From Trichoplax adhaerens (lineage: Eukaryota > Animalia > Placozoa), in the NCBI RefSeq assembly GCF_000150275.1, contig NW_002060946.1, forward strand, positions 1,111,562-1,175,561: a DNA stretch of 64,000 bases, read 5' to 3'. Position 1 is the first letter of the stretch. Each line of letters opens with the position of its first letter. This document shows positions 62,301-64,000 of this stretch, in pieces. Made by a program: the position numbers and the translations under genes. Under the pieces are notes generated by a model, which did no database searches, was not told the origin of the DNA, and was given only the letters and a program-made list of their open reading frames with translations.

Positions 62301-63842
62301 AAAGTAGAGATCTTATTAGGATTTACGTAGATGAGATTGGGTGCGAAAGTTCGAGCAATTCAAGGTCATCGTGATAATACCGATCATTTCTCATATTAAG
62401 TTTTTATCTCTTTACTGGCGTAAAAATGAGCAAAGCCTCATCATATCCATAGAACTAAAGAGAAATCTAAATTTTATGCTTCCTATTACTTCTGATTTTA
62501 AAATTTGTACTATCGACTTTCTATAATAGTGGGCTAATTGCTGTAGTAATTTAATGGTATCTTTTGAAACATAGCAGATGTAAAGGTAGAAGAAATGGCG
62601 AGGCGCAAATTTATATTGTTATTTGGAACAAGAGTTCATAATATAATCATTCAACTGTGCCTGTACCTGTACGTTAGACGGTAAATCTAGACAACACCAT
62701 AAAAATGATGAGCAATAATTTAAACTCGTCATCGATAAGTTAATAAGTCGATATTGTATGATAGAGGTGGAATGGAACATGAGCTTCGTAATATAATTGT
62801 TAACTATATCTGTACAGTAAATCTAGACAATACCATGAAAATTCGGCGTAATAATTTAAACTCGCTATCGATAATTAAGTTACGGAATCATTTCATACAG
62901 TTGGAACGATATACCGTAAGAAATAGTTTCTTATCTAACTTACCACGAGATAATGTTGTCATATATATGTAATAAAATTTAAAATATACTGGTAAAGTAC
63001 AACGATGGAAACAGTGAAAAAAATGGTAATGGATCTGATAATAATTACAAATGATAAAGAATTGCTGTTTTATCTGATCTGGAAGAAGATTTCGAAGAAT
63101 TAAAACTTAGATTTTGATAGCTAGATTGGCTGATGCTATTAGTAAAACTTTGGTATAATAGAAAAAATAATATGATAATAAGGACTATGATAGAACGGTT
63201 AATCTGATCACTTTTTCCTACTGAAAGAGAGTCTTTATATTTTTATAAAGGGGCATAAAATTTTGGTAATGACTTACTTAGCATATTGGCTACTGGTAAG
63301 GTGATCGCGCTTGAATCAGGTCCTACAACTCCTATAACTCCTCTGCTGTCATCCGCTACTAAATGTTCTAGAAGAGTTTGATTACAACCATGTCGAGTTA
63401 GTTCGTGATAGTCTACATGATGAAATTTCTTTTCCGACCATGGTAGAAAATTAATTGATTGTTGTAGTGTATGCTTAACGTTCGAACAAGTATCCCGAAT
63501 ATCGTATCCTAACGTCACTCCAGGTAGAAGATTTTTATCTCGATTAATTTGATCCACAGCATAAATCATTGCCATCATTTTGTATAACCCTCTAAAAGCA
63601 AATTCATCACATTGACCAATAGATTTATTGTAACTGTAATGGGCAAAAAATAAACCTCCTAGAATATAATCGCCGTCATGATAAATTGCTAAAGGATTCG
63701 TTTCCAAGATTTTATATTTCTTTTGATTATTAAGGCCATTAACTGGACATGATGATGTTATACATATCAAGCAAATTATCAATAGAACTACCCTTATTTT
63801 GATAGATTGCATGTAATCTACTTGATCATATTTTACTGCCAT
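56376..63842 (-). CDS. Class C GPCR (mGluR/CaSR-like), copy B, ~1109 aa
   Basis: Two exons, 63842-63278 and 59140-56376, with a phase-1 intron at the same position as in copy A (ANMLN|IFDVAEISYAATS). Same VFT/CRD/7TM motifs (GDYILGGLF, LLPGVTLGYDIRDTC, CCWIC, TPIVKAS, NFNEAK, FLPKVY). Confidence 0.95.
56460..56880 (-). repeat. Coding minisatellite, ~51-nt unit, encoding NKTGSINxGNNxSNNxI repeats in the GPCR B tail
   Basis: Eight GSIN motifs plus one truncated unit in the translation; DNA repeats (c/t)tgattaatag(a/g).ccagttt.att on the + strand. Confidence 0.9.
60040..60350. repeat. Degenerate ~100-117-bp tandem repeat, 3 units (GPCR B intron)
   Basis: tcttaagct(g/a)aatatc recurs at ~60048, ~60147 and ~60264 with similar flanks. 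Confidence 0.75.
62630..62880. repeat. ~137-bp tandem duplication (GPCR B intron)
   Basis: gtaaatctagacaa(c/t)accat.aaaat...aataatttaaactcg..atcgataa at ~62681 and ~62817. Confidence 0.8.
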
Positions 63843-64000
63843 GATTTATTTTTGGTTTCCAGTTTTTTCGTCGTGCATTTCTGTCAGGTAATATTTATCG
63901 ATTGACAATTGTCAGTATTTAATACTGTGGAATACAACAAGATGTACGACGGCACAATTAGCCAAAACAATTACAGGAATACTTCGAAATAATCAATCAA

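Noticed and set aside
59258-62972. Several 60-93-aa ORFs in the GPCR B intron
   Set aside because: Low-complexity AT-rich translations with no domain motifs or consistent splice structure.

Overview
AT-rich, intron-containing animal genomic DNA with short GT-AG introns, most likely a placozoan (Trichoplax/Hoilungia-like). That assignment is inferred mainly from a CASK whose kinase domain still has the canonical Mg2+-binding residues. Seven protein-coding genes were assembled by hand from splice sites. In order: the 3' part of an IP3R/RyR-superfamily Ca2+-release channel with an atypical pore filter (+); an EamA/DMT-type transporter with a long NPY-bearing tail (-); full-length CASK (-); FAM124 (+, head-to-head with CASK); TMTC1 (-); and two tandem, two-exon class C GPCRs (-) with unrelated repeat-expanded cytoplasmic tails. 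Non-coding features include a dense array of TA-CAG-TA/TA-CTG-TA units upstream of CASK that resembles stacked Tc1/mariner excision footprints, a perfect 38-bp palindrome, and many degenerate 100-280 bp local tandem duplications. No rRNA, tRNA, CRISPR or intact transposase was recognised. No database searches were run, so family calls rest on remembered motifs.
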